Shown here: piece by piece, positions 1-10,352 of the stretch
How the letters are laid out: each line of letters opens with the position of its first letter
Position numbering within the stretch: position 1 is the first letter of the stretch
Virus record (IMG/VR): IMGVR_UViG_3300046782_000291
Span: 692-64,691 of that record
Length of the DNA stretch: 64,000 nucleotides
Strand: one strand, 5' to 3'
Source: a virus
Lineage: Duplodnaviria; Caudoviricetes
Position numbers and translations under genes: made by a program
The notes under the pieces: generated by a model
Told to the model about the DNA's origin: nothing
The model's input: the letters and a program-made list of their open reading frames with translations, nothing else
Database searches by the model: none

Positions 1-17
1 ATGAACATGCTGGTGAC

Positions 18-2051
18 ATGACGTCACCCAAACAACTCCCGCCCGACAAACTCGTCGCCTACTACCTCAATCAAAACTATCGTTGTGTCTTCTGGCCCAC
101 TATTGGCGACCAGAAGGGTCCGAGGGAGAAGGACTGGCCCACTGCCGCCTATCCGTTAGAAGCCTTCCGACCGGGGATGCGCGTGGGGCTGATGACCGGC
201 GTTGAAATCAGCCCTGGACGCCATCTGAGCGACATCGATATCGACTGGCCTGGCGGCATCGACATCGCCATCAAGCTTCTTCCCACCACCGAGTTCGTAT
301 ATGGCCGCGCAGGCAAACGCGTCAGCCACTGTTTCTATACCACCAATGAGCCACTCGCCTCATTCAAGTTTGAGGATGTGGACAAAACCACCCTCATCGA
401 GATTCGAGGCACGAAGACGGACGGCTCCATTGGCCTCCAATCGATGGCGCCACCCTCCGTCTGGGAAGACAAAACCGACGCGCACCGTGAGCCGCTGGAG
501 TTCGTGCGCGATGGAAGCCCAGCCCATATCGCCGCACTGGTGCTCAAGGTGGCCGTCACCCACGCGGCCATCGCCATGCTCTTGGCCCGCCACCTCGGGA
601 CCCGAGGGTTCACCCATGAGGTGCGTCTGGCGTATGCTGGGACGCTGTTGCGCCTGGGCCTGGACGTGGAAGACGTGGTGCGCATCGGCGAGGCCATCCT
701 GGGCTACACGAAGAACCAAGACACCCAGGACATCCGCATGACGGTCGAATCGACCGCACGCCGATTGACGGATGTGCGCGAGAAGGTGAAAGGTGGCCCG
801 GCGCTAGCGAAATCGCTGGGCCCACTGGGCAAGAAGGTCGTGGACCGGATCCACGAATGGCTGGGCCGTGAGCAAGACTTCCTGCGGAATGGGGAAGGCG
901 TCATTCTCCGTGATAGCCTGGAGAACGTGCGACGGGCGGTGGAGCTATGCGAAGTGGAATTGAGCTACAACGAATTCAGTGATGTGTTGTTGATTGGTGG
1001 CCAGCCCCTCCAGGACCGCCAGTTGAGTGACCTCTGGTTTCGTATTGACAGTGAGTTCCACTTCCGTCCCACGGCAGAGTTCTTCGAGAAGAGCATCAAG
1101 CACCTCGCGTGGAAGAATGGATTCCACCCCGTCAAGATATACCTGGATGGTCTGGTGTGGGACGGCATCCCGAGGGTGAACACGTGGTTGCGTGATTATG
1201 CCGGGGCAGAGGATAGCGAGTATCTGCAAGCGGTGTCGTCGATCTTCTTGATGGCGGCGGTGCGGCGCATTGATGAGCCTGGGTGTAAGTATGATGAGAT
1301 GCTCGTGCTGGAGTCGGGCCAGGGCGTGGAGAAGAGCACGACACTCGCGACGTTATGTCCAGACAAGGCGTGGTTCTGTGACGACCTCCCCTTGAATGTC
1401 TCCAGCCAGCGGCTCATCGAGGGTACACTGGGCAAATGGATTGTGGAAGCGGCGGATATGGCGGGCAAACGGAAGGCGGAGATTGAACAGTTGAAGGCGA
1501 TGTTGAGTCGCCAAGTGGATGGCCCAGCGCGCATGGCCTACGCACGGTTGCCGGTGGAACGCGCTCGACAATTCGTGCTCGTGGGAACCACGAATAGCCA
1601 GACCTACTTGACAGACCCGACTGGGAACCGGAGGTTCTGGCCGGTGGAAGTATCTGACTTGAATATCAAAGGGCTGCGCACGGTGCGTGACCAGCTATGG
1701 GCCGAAGCCGCGCATCGGTCCCGAGGAGGAGAGTCCATCCGGCTTCCGAAGTCATTATGGGCCGAGGCGGGACGGAGGCAAGACGCTCGAAGGGAACGAG
1801 ACGCGTGGGAAGAACCCATTATGCGATTGTTGGCTGCCGCTGGGGCCACGAGTACTGGCAGAGTGCGTGTCATAACCTCCGATATTTGGGACTTTTTACA
1901 GATAGAGATACCAAGAAGGGATAGATATGGGAGCATACGCATCAGCGAAATCATGCAGCGGCTGGGGTACAAATCCAAACGGCTCTGGCACGAAGGCAAA
2001 ACAGTTGTGGGCTACGAAGGACCGCAGGTCAGTTTAGACTTTGAGAAGTGA
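18..2051 (+). CDS. Primase-polymerase fused to VapE-like (virulence-associated E) helicase
   Basis: N-terminal DIDID prim-pol motif; C-terminal P-loop ESGQGVEKST, VGTTN and DPTGNRRFWPV motifs typical of VapE. Confidence 0.85.
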   Translation: MTSPKQLPPDKLVAYYLNQNYRCVFWPTIGDQKGPREKDWPTAAYPLEAFRPGMRVGLMTGVEISPGRHLSDIDIDWPGGIDIAIKLLPTTEFVYGRAGKRVSHCFYTTNEPLASFKFEDVDKTTLIEIRGTKTDGSIGLQSMAPPSVWEDKTDAHREPLEFVRDGSPAHIAALVLKVAVTHAAIAMLLARHLGTRGFTHEVRLAYAGTLLRLGLDVEDVVRIGEAILGYTKNQDTQDIRMTVESTARRLTDVREKVKGGPALAKSLGPLGKKVVDRIHEWLGREQDFLRNGEGVILRDSLENVRRAVELCEVELSYNEFSDVLLIGGQPLQDRQLSDLWFRIDSEFHFRPTAEFFEKSIKHLAWKNGFHPVKIYLDGLVWDGIPRVNTWLRDYAGAEDSEYLQAVSSIFLMAAVRRIDEPGCKYDEMLVLESGQGVEKSTTLATLCPDKAWFCDDLPLNVSSQRLIEGTLGKWIVEAADMAGKRKAEIEQLKAMLSRQVDGPARMAYARLPVERARQFVLVGTTNSQTYLTDPTGNRRFWPVEVSDLNIKGLRTVRDQLWAEAAHRSRGGESIRLPKSLWAEAGRRQDARRERDAWEEPIMRLLAAAGATSTGRVRVITSDIWDFLQIEIPRRDRYGSIRISEIMQRLGYKSKRLWHEGKTVVGYEGPQVSLDFEK

Positions 2052-2075
2052 GAGTGGGAGCACTAAAAATGGAGT

Positions 2076-2291
2076 CTTACTCAGCAGTTTGTGGGAAATC
2101 GGGCGACTCTTACTCGGCACCCTTACTCTTCTTTTGGCTGCGTTTTGCGAAAACGCTAGGGATTTTGCGATCTTACCGTCTTACTGTCCATTACCCAGCA
2201 GTGCCCGGAGGGGTAAGGGGCACGGCTACCGGGGGGGGGTATACCTATTACTACTTATATAAATAAGAGTAAGAAGAGTAAGAAGAGTAAT
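2076..2291. repeat. Candidate replication origin with inverted iteron-like repeats around a G9 run and an AT-rich tract
   Basis: CTTACTC at 2076, 2109 and 2122; inverted AAGAGTAA(G) x3 in tandem at 2265-2291; G9 at 2231-2239; AT-rich 2240-2295; directly downstream of the primase gene. Confidence 0.5.
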
Positions 2292-2444
2292 AGTAGGGAA
2301 ATGCCCCAACAAACGCGCACCCATTCCATTACTGATCTCCATTACCCTCGTGATCCAGATCCGTAAGGCGTCAACACCCTCGGGAATCGGGATGGCGCCC
2401 ACGCTTGCGCTCCGCCTCGGGTCGAGGTACCGTCTACCTCGCCA

Positions 2445-2894
2445 ATGGGTAGCCTCTTCGAAACGCTCAACCCGAGCACGGCCACCACCGAGCAAAAGTT
2501 ACTGTGTCAGTTCATCACCCAGCGTGGTAGTCCATGCATGCGTGCCGCTGTCACAGGCTCCTCGGTTTGCGTCCTTCACGGTGGGAGCATCCCAGCCGCC
2601 AAGGAACAGATTGAGCGCGCGCTCCTCGCTCTCCAGGAGTCGGCTATCGAAGCCCTCCGGGAAGTCTTCGCCACGGCCACGGACCGCGTGCTCGCAGACA
2701 CGGCGTTCAAACTCCTCGATAGAACCGGCCACGGTCCACAGACCACGTTGAAGGTCCAAGAGGACACCGACGACTTGTCATCGTTGTCGAATGAAGAGTT
2801 GTTGAAGAAGCACCAGGAACTGGGCAAGTTCTTGGAAGCCACGCGCACTAATGGTACCATCGTCCTTGGACCCAATAGTGGAACAACTCACTGA
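2445..2894 (+). CDS. Terminase small subunit (putative)
   Basis: C-x8-C...CVLHGG motif; immediately upstream of TerL. Confidence 0.6.
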   Translation: MGSLFETLNPSTATTEQKLLCQFITQRGSPCMRAAVTGSSVCVLHGGSIPAAKEQIERALLALQESAIEALREVFATATDRVLADTAFKLLDRTGHGPQTTLKVQEDTDDLSSLSNEELLKKHQELGKFLEATRTNGTIVLGPNSGTTH

Positions 2895-4143
2895 GGTCGT
2901 TGTAGACCGTGCGCAGGTCATTGCGCAACTGCGTGCGATGGAGGAGGAGGTCTCACGACGACAGCGCCTGGCGTCCATCCCTCCGGTCTTCCGTCCGATG
3001 TTCCAGCCCTCAAGGTACAAGGGTCTGTATGGCGGACGTGGCAGCGCCAAGAGTCATACGTTTGCTGAGTTGCTCATTCATCGGTGCCTCCAGAAGTCCA
3101 CACGCGCCGTCTGCGTTCGTGAGTATCAAGTCTCCCTCGAGCAGTCGGTCAAACGACTGTTGGAGGACAAGATCAAGTTGTACAAGCTGGAACGAAAGTT
3201 CAGGGTGCTCAACACCCACATCGAGACACCATTCGATGGAATCATCATCTTCCAGGGCATGAACAACCAGACGGCGGTGTCCATCAAGTCGCTGGAAGGC
3301 TATGATGTGGCCTGGTTCGAGGAAGCCCAGACGGCCAGCGAGACCAGCTTGGACCTCTTGCGCCCCACCATTCGTGTCGAGGGTAGTGAGCTCTGGTTCT
3401 CGTGGAACCCTGACCAGCCCTCGGACCCGGTGGAACAGTTACTTCGAGGCGCCACACCCACGCCCAACGCCATCGTCATTCGCTCCACGTATCGCGACAA
3501 CCCCCATTTCCCCGACGTGCTGCGCGGTGAGATGGAGTGGGACCGATCACGGGACATCGACAAGTATGACCACATCTGGGAAGGTGGCTATGAGAAGCAT
3601 AGCGAAGCCCGTGTGTTCAAGAACTGGACGATTGAGCCGTTCGAGACGCCTGACGATGTGACGTTCTACCAGGGTGCCGACTGGGGCTACTCCATCGATC
3701 CCTCGGTCCTGGTGCGATGTTTCCTGCGTGGCCGAACGCTCCACGTGGATCGCGAGGCGTATCAGATTGGGTGCGAGATCGATAACCTGCCGGCGTTGTT
3801 CGATGCCGTCCCACGCGCACGCGAGTGGGAGACGATTGCGGACAGCGCCAGGCCGGAGACCATCAGTTACATGACGCGCAATGGCTACCCTCGGATGGTA
3901 GCCGCGAAGAAGGGGAAAGACAGCGTCAAGGAAGGCGTCATCTTCCTCCAGGGCTTCGACATCAAGGTCCACCCGCGTTGTACCCATACGATTGACGAAC
4001 TCCGGAACTACAGCTACAAGAAGGACCCGAAGACCGACGTGGTGTCGCCCATCCTGGAAGATAAGAAGAACCACGTCATCGACTCGCTGCGGTATGCGGT
4101 CGAGAAGATGCGTGCGCCTGATGATGGGTGGTTCGTATCGTGA
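2851..4143 (+). CDS. terL: Terminase large subunit (PBSX-like)
   Basis: YGGRGSAKS Walker A, WFEEA Walker B, SWNP, GADWG nuclease motif, NHVIDSLRYA; true start may be further downstream. Confidence 0.93.
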   Translation: MVPSSLDPIVEQLTEVVVDRAQVIAQLRAMEEEVSRRQRLASIPPVFRPMFQPSRYKGLYGGRGSAKSHTFAELLIHRCLQKSTRAVCVREYQVSLEQSVKRLLEDKIKLYKLERKFRVLNTHIETPFDGIIIFQGMNNQTAVSIKSLEGYDVAWFEEAQTASETSLDLLRPTIRVEGSELWFSWNPDQPSDPVEQLLRGATPTPNAIVIRSTYRDNPHFPDVLRGEMEWDRSRDIDKYDHIWEGGYEKHSEARVFKNWTIEPFETPDDVTFYQGADWGYSIDPSVLVRCFLRGRTLHVDREAYQIGCEIDNLPALFDAVPRAREWETIADSARPETISYMTRNGYPRMVAAKKGKDSVKEGVIFLQGFDIKVHPRCTHTIDELRNYSYKKDPKTDVVSPILEDKKNHVIDSLRYAVEKMRAPDDGWFVS

Positions 4144-4181
4144 GTGGATGGCCGTTTACTCCCAATCCAAAAGGAGACTCA

Positions 4182-4457
4182 ATGAGCGCAGACAAACCGA
4201 AGCCTGACCAGGGACTACCCAAGCCGGGCAGTGGATTCAATCCGCCGAAGCCGGGTGGACCGAAGCCCGACCAGGGATTGCCTGGGCGCGGTCCCAGCCA
4301 GCGGCCCGGTGCCCATCCGGACCACACACTCCCAGGAGACACCGATGGCGAAGAGGGCGAGGGCGAGAACGGCGAAGGCGAAGAGGAAGGCACAGCCCCG
4401 AAACCAGACCAAACGCTACCTCCGGGCAGCGGCGGTGGAGCGCAGCCGAAACACTGA
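4182..4457 (+). CDS. Small Pro/Gly-rich protein with PDQGLP/PDHTLP repeats and an acidic tract
   Basis: AAGGAG RBS before ATG 4182; four PDxxLP repeats. Confidence 0.6.
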   Translation: MSADKPKPDQGLPKPGSGFNPPKPGGPKPDQGLPGRGPSQRPGAHPDHTLPGDTDGEEGEGENGEGEEEGTAPKPDQTLPPGSGGGAQPKH

Positions 4458-4494
4458 GCGCGACACTGACACTGAGTAACTGAACGAGAGTCCA

Positions 4495-6468
4495 ATGCCT
4501 GACATCAACGGAATCACGCTGGGTATACCAGACGAACTCCGTGCGGCCACTGAAGCCCTCGGCAGCCCACACGATCAGGAGGTTGTGCTGCGTGCACTCT
4601 CCTCATTGCTGGTTGAGCGGCTGCGGTTCGCACGTCAGGCTGGACTCTCGTTTGGCGACCTCCGCAACATGTACGCGGTGCTGGGATACGACGAGACGCT
4701 CACCACGTCTCGTATCCGCGCACGCTACAATCGCGGTGGCATCGCTGGGCGTATCGTCGATGCGATGCCGAAGGCGACATGGCGTGAGGGGTTCGAGATT
4801 TACGAAGACGAGAACCCAGACGTGGAAACGCCGTTTGAACTCGCCATCAAGACTCTCGATGACCGGCTGAGTCTGGCCGCGAAGTTCCACAAGACCGATA
4901 TCCTGGCGGGACTGAGCACCTTCTCGGTCCTTCTGATCGGCGTGGGTGACGGCGCACTGGACCAGCCGCTGCCCAAGGGGAATGGCACGCCGGACAATGT
5001 CATCTTCCTCCAGCCCTTCTCGGGCGGTGGCGGGCAAGTCAACACCTCATATCGCCACAAGACGGTAGCGGATGACGCGGATGCACGTGTGGACACGTAC
5101 ATCGAGGACCCAAAGGACCCTCGGTTTGGCCAGCCAGCGACCTACCAGATCCGTCGCACGTATACGACCGACATCACGCTGGCGCGGACGGTCCACTGGT
5201 CGCGTGTCCTCCACGTCGCGCACCAGACGCTGGACGACAACGTGTACGGCTCTCCCACCCTCGAACGCGTGTGGAATCTCTTGGACGATCTGGACAAGGT
5301 CACGGGTGGCGGTGCCGAGGCGTTCTGGCTTCGCGCAAACCAGGGCACCGCGTTGAAGGTCGATGCGGATGCGAAACTGAGTCCAGAGGAGAAGACCGAA
5401 CTGGAACAGAAGGTCGAAGAGTATGCGAACCAGATGCGCCGCTTCATGGTCATGCGCAAGGCGGAATTGCAGTCCATGGGCTCGGATGTCGCGAACTTCT
5501 CCAACCCAGCGGACGCCATCCTGACCCAGATCGCGGGCGCCACGGGCATTCCCAAGCGCATTCTGACCGGTAGCGAGATGGGCGAACTCGCCTCATCCCA
5601 GGACCGCGAGAACTGGCGCGACCAGGTGCGTGGGCGACAGACCCGTGAGGCGGGTCCGTACATCGTCAAGCCGTTCATCCAGCGCCTGATTGACTACAAC
5701 TACCTCCCAGCCGTCAAGAAGGGGAACATCTGGCAGATTGAGTGGCCCAACATCGAGGCGATGACCGAGACGGAGAAGGCAGACGGCGCGAACAAGTGGG
5801 CCACCGCGAACAAGACCCAGGGCACCGTCGTCTTCACTGATGATGAAATTCGTGAGCACTGGTATGGGATGGAGCCGTTGACGCCCGACCAGAAGGTCCC
5901 GATTGCGGCTCCGGAGAAGATCACCGCCACGACTGAGCCTGCCCAGGATAACACACCACCTCTGGATGCTGCGCCCGTCTTGTTGAAAGCGGCGGGAGAC
6001 GTGGCGGGCCACGAGTTCCACGGCAATCAATACTCCGGCTCGGACGCCATCGTGAAGAAGTCTCCGGATGAGCCTGGCGAGCATCACGTGACGTTCCCGG
6101 ATGGCCGGCAATACGCCATCTACCGTGATGCATCGAGTTCCATCAAGGGCTGGGAGACGGTGGGACTGGAGAATAGCTCGGCAGGCGGTGCCGCGTTCAA
6201 CAAGAAGGAGATGCTGGACCACCTCGGGAAACTCAACGAGAACCGACCGTATGTGGACAAGCACTCTGGCTACAAGTCGGGCAAGACGGTCAAGGAACAT
6301 CTGGACTCGATTCGGGCGCACACCAAGTATCGCACCGCAGAGACGGCGGAGGATGTGGCCCTTCTCCAAGCCCTGACTGCCGCCATCGAGTCGAACAACG
6401 TCGAAGTCATTGACCGGATTCTCGGCACCAAGCACCCATTGGACCTTCGTTCCCAGAACGACGTGTGA
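4495..6468 (+). CDS. Portal protein (DUF1073-like) with C-terminal inserted module
   Basis: Position after TerL; IAGRIVD..P...W, VHWSRVLH and IAGATGIPKRILTG motifs. Confidence 0.85.
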   Translation: MPDINGITLGIPDELRAATEALGSPHDQEVVLRALSSLLVERLRFARQAGLSFGDLRNMYAVLGYDETLTTSRIRARYNRGGIAGRIVDAMPKATWREGFEIYEDENPDVETPFELAIKTLDDRLSLAAKFHKTDILAGLSTFSVLLIGVGDGALDQPLPKGNGTPDNVIFLQPFSGGGGQVNTSYRHKTVADDADARVDTYIEDPKDPRFGQPATYQIRRTYTTDITLARTVHWSRVLHVAHQTLDDNVYGSPTLERVWNLLDDLDKVTGGGAEAFWLRANQGTALKVDADAKLSPEEKTELEQKVEEYANQMRRFMVMRKAELQSMGSDVANFSNPADAILTQIAGATGIPKRILTGSEMGELASSQDRENWRDQVRGRQTREAGPYIVKPFIQRLIDYNYLPAVKKGNIWQIEWPNIEAMTETEKADGANKWATANKTQGTVVFTDDEIREHWYGMEPLTPDQKVPIAAPEKITATTEPAQDNTPPLDAAPVLLKAAGDVAGHEFHGNQYSGSDAIVKKSPDEPGEHHVTFPDGRQYAIYRDASSSIKGWETVGLENSSAGGAAFNKKEMLDHLGKLNENRPYVDKHSGYKSGKTVKEHLDSIRAHTKYRTAETAEDVALLQALTAAIESNNVEVIDRILGTKHPLDLRSQNDV

Positions 6469-7277
6469 TGCTCGACTTCCCATTGCCCTCGGATCGTGCG
6501 GCGCGACTCGTGGTGGCGTATCTCCGCACCCTCGCGGTTACCACCCGGGACAATCGCCCCGTCCACAAGGCCGCAGACTCCCGGTATAAGCCCTTCCTGG
6601 TCGCAGTCCAGTATGCGTTCAACAAAGGGCGCAAGGCGGTGAAGGGCAAGTCAGTCAAGACGGCTCCGGACGCGGGCGCCACTGCCGTTCGCAAAGCCCT
6701 CTTGGACGTGTTACCCTCGGAACTGTTGAAGGCAGTGGGTGCCGGTGGGACGGCTGGCGCGGCGGAATTGACCAAGACGTTGCGTCATGCGTCCTTCCGG
6801 ACGGCAGCGGACCCGCTGGTCAAGAAGATTGGGCCCATCACCATGCGCTTCGACATCAAGAGTCCAGAGGCGATCAAGTGGGCAAAGGAACACGCCGCAG
6901 ACCTCGCGAAAGGCATCAGTAGCACCACACGGGATGATATCGCAGCGGCCATCGAGCGGTCACTGGAGTCTGGGGACGACCCATTCGAGGATATCGCGGA
7001 TGCGGTTGGCAGTGATGCTCGTGCGCAACTCATAGCTCGCACGGAGACGATGGCCGCTGCGAACGAAGGCCAGCGCCAGTCCTGGGACCAGGCGGTTGAG
7101 GATGGACTCCTCCCGTCTGATGCGCAGGTCGGCTGGATTGCCACCTCGGGTTGTTGCGACGAGTGCGATGACCTCGATGGGGAGACGCGCGATCTGGATG
7201 GCGAGTATCCAGACCCAGGCGGAGACGGTCCACCACTCCATCCCAATTGCCGTTGTACGGAAGGGATTGTCGCATGA
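6465..7277 (+). CDS. Minor head morphogenesis protein (Mu gpF / SPP1 gp7-like)
   Basis: RAQLIARTET and C-terminal PPLHPNCRC. Confidence 0.88.
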   Translation: MMLDFPLPSDRAARLVVAYLRTLAVTTRDNRPVHKAADSRYKPFLVAVQYAFNKGRKAVKGKSVKTAPDAGATAVRKALLDVLPSELLKAVGAGGTAGAAELTKTLRHASFRTAADPLVKKIGPITMRFDIKSPEAIKWAKEHAADLAKGISSTTRDDIAAAIERSLESGDDPFEDIADAVGSDARAQLIARTETMAAANEGQRQSWDQAVEDGLLPSDAQVGWIATSGCCDECDDLDGETRDLDGEYPDPGGDGPPLHPNCRCTEGIVA

Positions 7278-9859
7278 GGCACGTTCGCGGCGCATCCAAT
7301 CCCGAGGGTATCAATCAGTACACCGCTGGCGGCTCGGCACGCTTCGACGGGAAGTCAGCGGATGGGAAGGTCGAAGGCAGTATGGACGTGAAGATTGTGG
7401 ACCCGCATTCCAACGCCCACAAGGTCACGGACACCACGAAGACGGGTAAGCGGGTCCGGATGTACGAGGGTGGGAACATCCATATCCCCACGGCCACGGT
7501 CCAGAACGCGCGTGGTACGACATTCGAGGCGTATCACCATACGCTCAGTCCGCTCAAGGGTGCCCAGATGCAGACAGAACTTCGCACGCTCCACTTCCGG
7601 ACGAACGGTGCGCCCCTCCGGACCATCACCCACGAAGGTCGTGAGCACCTCGTCATCCCATGCGTGGCGTTGCGCGAGGGCGTGATTCACGCCGTCAACG
7701 CGGATGTGCCTGAGTTCGTCTCTGCGAAACGACTGGCCGCAGCCGCGTCCACCTGGAATGGACGCCCACTCGTCATCGGCCACCCGGTTCGCAATGGCCG
7801 CCAGATCAGTGCGAATGAGCCGGAGGTGCTGGCCGCGCAAGGCTTCGGCGTGATCTACGCGTCAGCGATGAACGGCGAGAATCTGGGAATGGAAGCCTGG
7901 GTGGATGTCACCAAGCTGGAAGCCCTCGGGCAACACGGTCTCCTGGCGGACCTTCGCGCAGGGAAGACGACGGAACTGAGCGTGGGCGCGTTCGTCAAGA
8001 CGCTGGCGCGGCAAGGCATTCATCGAGGCAAGCGATACCTGGCGGAGTGGACCGACATCGTTGGGGACCACCTCGCGTTCCTTCCGAATGCGAAGGGCGC
8101 ATGCAGTATCGAGATGGGCTGTGGAACCCATCGGATGGCGGAAGCCGCAGAGGAAGAACTGCGTGGCGCTTCGAATCCCGAGGGTATCAATCAGTACACG
8201 GGTGGCGGTGGATCCAAGGACTCCAAGGACTCCAAGGACTCTAGGAAAGGGCCACACGCTGTCGGCTCCAAAGTCAAAGGGTCGATGGTAGGTCACATCC
8301 GATATGGAATGACTGGCACCGTCAAAGAGCCTCTCAAGAATGACCACTACAGGGTAGACTTCGGACATTCAGGCGGAGCCGAACTTATCCATAAGTCACA
8401 GATTCGTGGAGCAGAAGGACAATCCATGACCAAGTCACATCGTGCCGCCCGCGACATCCCACAGTCCCAACGTGACAAACTCAAAGATTCAGACTTTGCC
8501 GGGCCAGGCACCTCGTTTCCCATTGTGAAGCCGGCAGACGTGTCCGCTGCCGCCCATCTCATTGGGAAGGCGAAGAACCCAGACGCGGTCAAGGCGCGCA
8601 TCATCGCGATTGCCCAGCGCAAAGGGAAGTCATTCACGGACAAGTTGCCCGAGGCGTGGGTCAAGGCCGCAGCCGCGTTCGACACGCCAGCCCAAGCCGC
8701 AAGCGAAGAAGCCGCTGAGCTCATCACGTATCAGACGATGCGCGATCTGATGGACGCCGTGGGCAAGCAGTGGGACAGCGCCTCGGGGCTGGTCGATGAC
8801 CTCGTCGCAGCGGAGCAAGAAGACGCGGCCACCGAGACGCCTGCGGAAGAAGAAGCCGAGGAGGAGACTGAGTGCTCCCAGATGGAGTCACTGGCGGTCC
8901 TCTGTGGGTCGATGGCCGCTGCGCTGATGCAAGTCCAGAGTCTCTGTTGGAAGGAACTGGCGCCAGACCCGGCCTACCCTCCGCGCTACATGGAAGAGGG
9001 TGGTGAGCCGAAGACGCTGGTTGGGAAGACCATCAGCAAGAACACGATGAAGTCCATCCAGGGAATGCACGATGCCGCCCACGCGGCCCACGACCATTCC
9101 ACCGCCCTCGGTGCGCAGTGCAATGGGATGCGGCTCATGGCGGCTGCGAAGATGGAAGACTGTCCTACCTGCGATGGCTCGGGCGAGGTCGATGGGAACC
9201 CGTGCGAGACATGCGAGGGCGAGGGCGAAGTGCCGATCAAGGCGGCAGAGGCGAACGACAATCACGATGGGGCGGTTCCCATCATTGAAGAAGGAGATAC
9301 GTACATGACGAAGGACGAGAGGAACGCAACCATCAAAGCCCTTGCCGCGTGCGATTGCAGCGGATTCAAGGGTGACGCTGCAACGCTGGAGACGCTGACC
9401 GATGCGCGGTTGGAAGCCCTCCAGGCCGCAACCAAGCAGCGCGAAGACGCGGTGAAGACGGCGGAGACCGCGACCAAGGAAGCCACCGATCTCAAGGCAG
9501 CGGCAGCGGCAGTGAAGCCGGTGGAGCCCAAGGTCCTGACGGTCGAAGAGTTCATGGCCGTGGCGCCAGCTGAACTCAAGACCCTCATCGAGACGAAGAA
9601 GGCGGAAGACGCGACGGCCACGGCCACGTTGGTCGCCCAGCTCAAGACGGCGCAGACCGCGTACACCGAGGACGAACTGAAAGCCCTCGACCTGGTGCAC
9701 CTGCGCAAGCTGGCGTCCATCGCGAAGATCGATGCGCCGGCACCGGTCTTCACTGGCCTGAGCTTCCCGCGTGCGGCGGCACCGCCCGTCGATCATACCA
9801 TCCCGCCTGATCCCTACGCACCTGGGCTCAAGGCACTGGCGGAGCAGCGCAAGCACTAA
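7274..9859 (+). CDS. Prohead protease/scaffold polyprotein (DUF2213-like) with inserted modules
   Basis: ATGA overlap with upstream stop; WNGRPLVIGHP, ELSVG, DHLAFLP..GACS...GCG motifs; position before decoration and capsid genes. Confidence 0.75.
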   Translation: MRHVRGASNPEGINQYTAGGSARFDGKSADGKVEGSMDVKIVDPHSNAHKVTDTTKTGKRVRMYEGGNIHIPTATVQNARGTTFEAYHHTLSPLKGAQMQTELRTLHFRTNGAPLRTITHEGREHLVIPCVALREGVIHAVNADVPEFVSAKRLAAAASTWNGRPLVIGHPVRNGRQISANEPEVLAAQGFGVIYASAMNGENLGMEAWVDVTKLEALGQHGLLADLRAGKTTELSVGAFVKTLARQGIHRGKRYLAEWTDIVGDHLAFLPNAKGACSIEMGCGTHRMAEAAEEELRGASNPEGINQYTGGGGSKDSKDSKDSRKGPHAVGSKVKGSMVGHIRYGMTGTVKEPLKNDHYRVDFGHSGGAELIHKSQIRGAEGQSMTKSHRAARDIPQSQRDKLKDSDFAGPGTSFPIVKPADVSAAAHLIGKAKNPDAVKARIIAIAQRKGKSFTDKLPEAWVKAAAAFDTPAQAASEEAAELITYQTMRDLMDAVGKQWDSASGLVDDLVAAEQEDAATETPAEEEAEEETECSQMESLAVLCGSMAAALMQVQSLCWKELAPDPAYPPRYMEEGGEPKTLVGKTISKNTMKSIQGMHDAAHAAHDHSTALGAQCNGMRLMAAAKMEDCPTCDGSGEVDGNPCETCEGEGEVPIKAAEANDNHDGAVPIIEEGDTYMTKDERNATIKALAACDCSGFKGDAATLETLTDARLEALQAATKQREDAVKTAETATKEATDLKAAAAAVKPVEPKVLTVEEFMAVAPAELKTLIETKKAEDATATATLVAQLKTAQTAYTEDELKALDLVHLRKLASIAKIDAPAPVFTGLSFPRAAAPPVDHTIPPDPYAPGLKALAEQRKH
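9305..9859 (+). CDS. In-frame internal start giving a scaffold protein (lambda C/Nu3-like nesting)
   Basis: Strong AAGGAG at 9291-9296, 8 nt before in-frame ATG 9305; Ala-rich helical product. Confidence 0.5.
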   Translation: MTKDERNATIKALAACDCSGFKGDAATLETLTDARLEALQAATKQREDAVKTAETATKEATDLKAAAAAVKPVEPKVLTVEEFMAVAPAELKTLIETKKAEDATATATLVAQLKTAQTAYTEDELKALDLVHLRKLASIAKIDAPAPVFTGLSFPRAAAPPVDHTIPPDPYAPGLKALAEQRKH

Positions 9860-9917
9860 CTGACGGACCGAGCATTCCCGTCTTTCACCGAAGTCGATCA
9901 ACAGAGGAGTAGGAACT

Positions 9918-10352
9918 ATGGCAATCACGAGGCTCGATCCTAACAAGATCCACCTCGGTGGAGGCAAGGTCGATATCAACGACCTTGCGGCTTCCGAGGC
10001 GATCACGCCCGGTCATCTCATCGACCGGTTCAACAACGCGGGAATCATCCGGTTCCGCAAGCACAACACGGCGTCAGTTGTCACCGCACCCATCTTCGCG
10101 GAAGGCCACTTCATGGCCAACAAGGGCGTGGATGACGCCTACGCAGTGAACGATCTCGTGGAGGCGTTTGTCGGCCAGTCCGGCACCTACGTCTGGGCAT
10201 TCATCAACAGCGGTCAGACCGTGGTCGCTGGCAACAAGCTGGAGTCGGCGGGTGACGGCACCCTCAAGGTCGGAACCACTGCTCCCATCGCATCGGCGCT
10301 GGAGAACAAGACCGCCTCTGCTCTCACTCGGGTTCGCGTGGAGGTGCTCTAA
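9918..10352 (+). CDS. Head decoration/cement protein
   Basis: GAGGAG RBS; AITPGHL and LESAGDGTL motifs; immediately before the major capsid gene. Confidence 0.7.
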   Translation: MAITRLDPNKIHLGGGKVDINDLAASEAITPGHLIDRFNNAGIIRFRKHNTASVVTAPIFAEGHFMANKGVDDAYAVNDLVEAFVGQSGTYVWAFINSGQTVVAGNKLESAGDGTLKVGTTAPIASALENKTASALTRVRVEVL

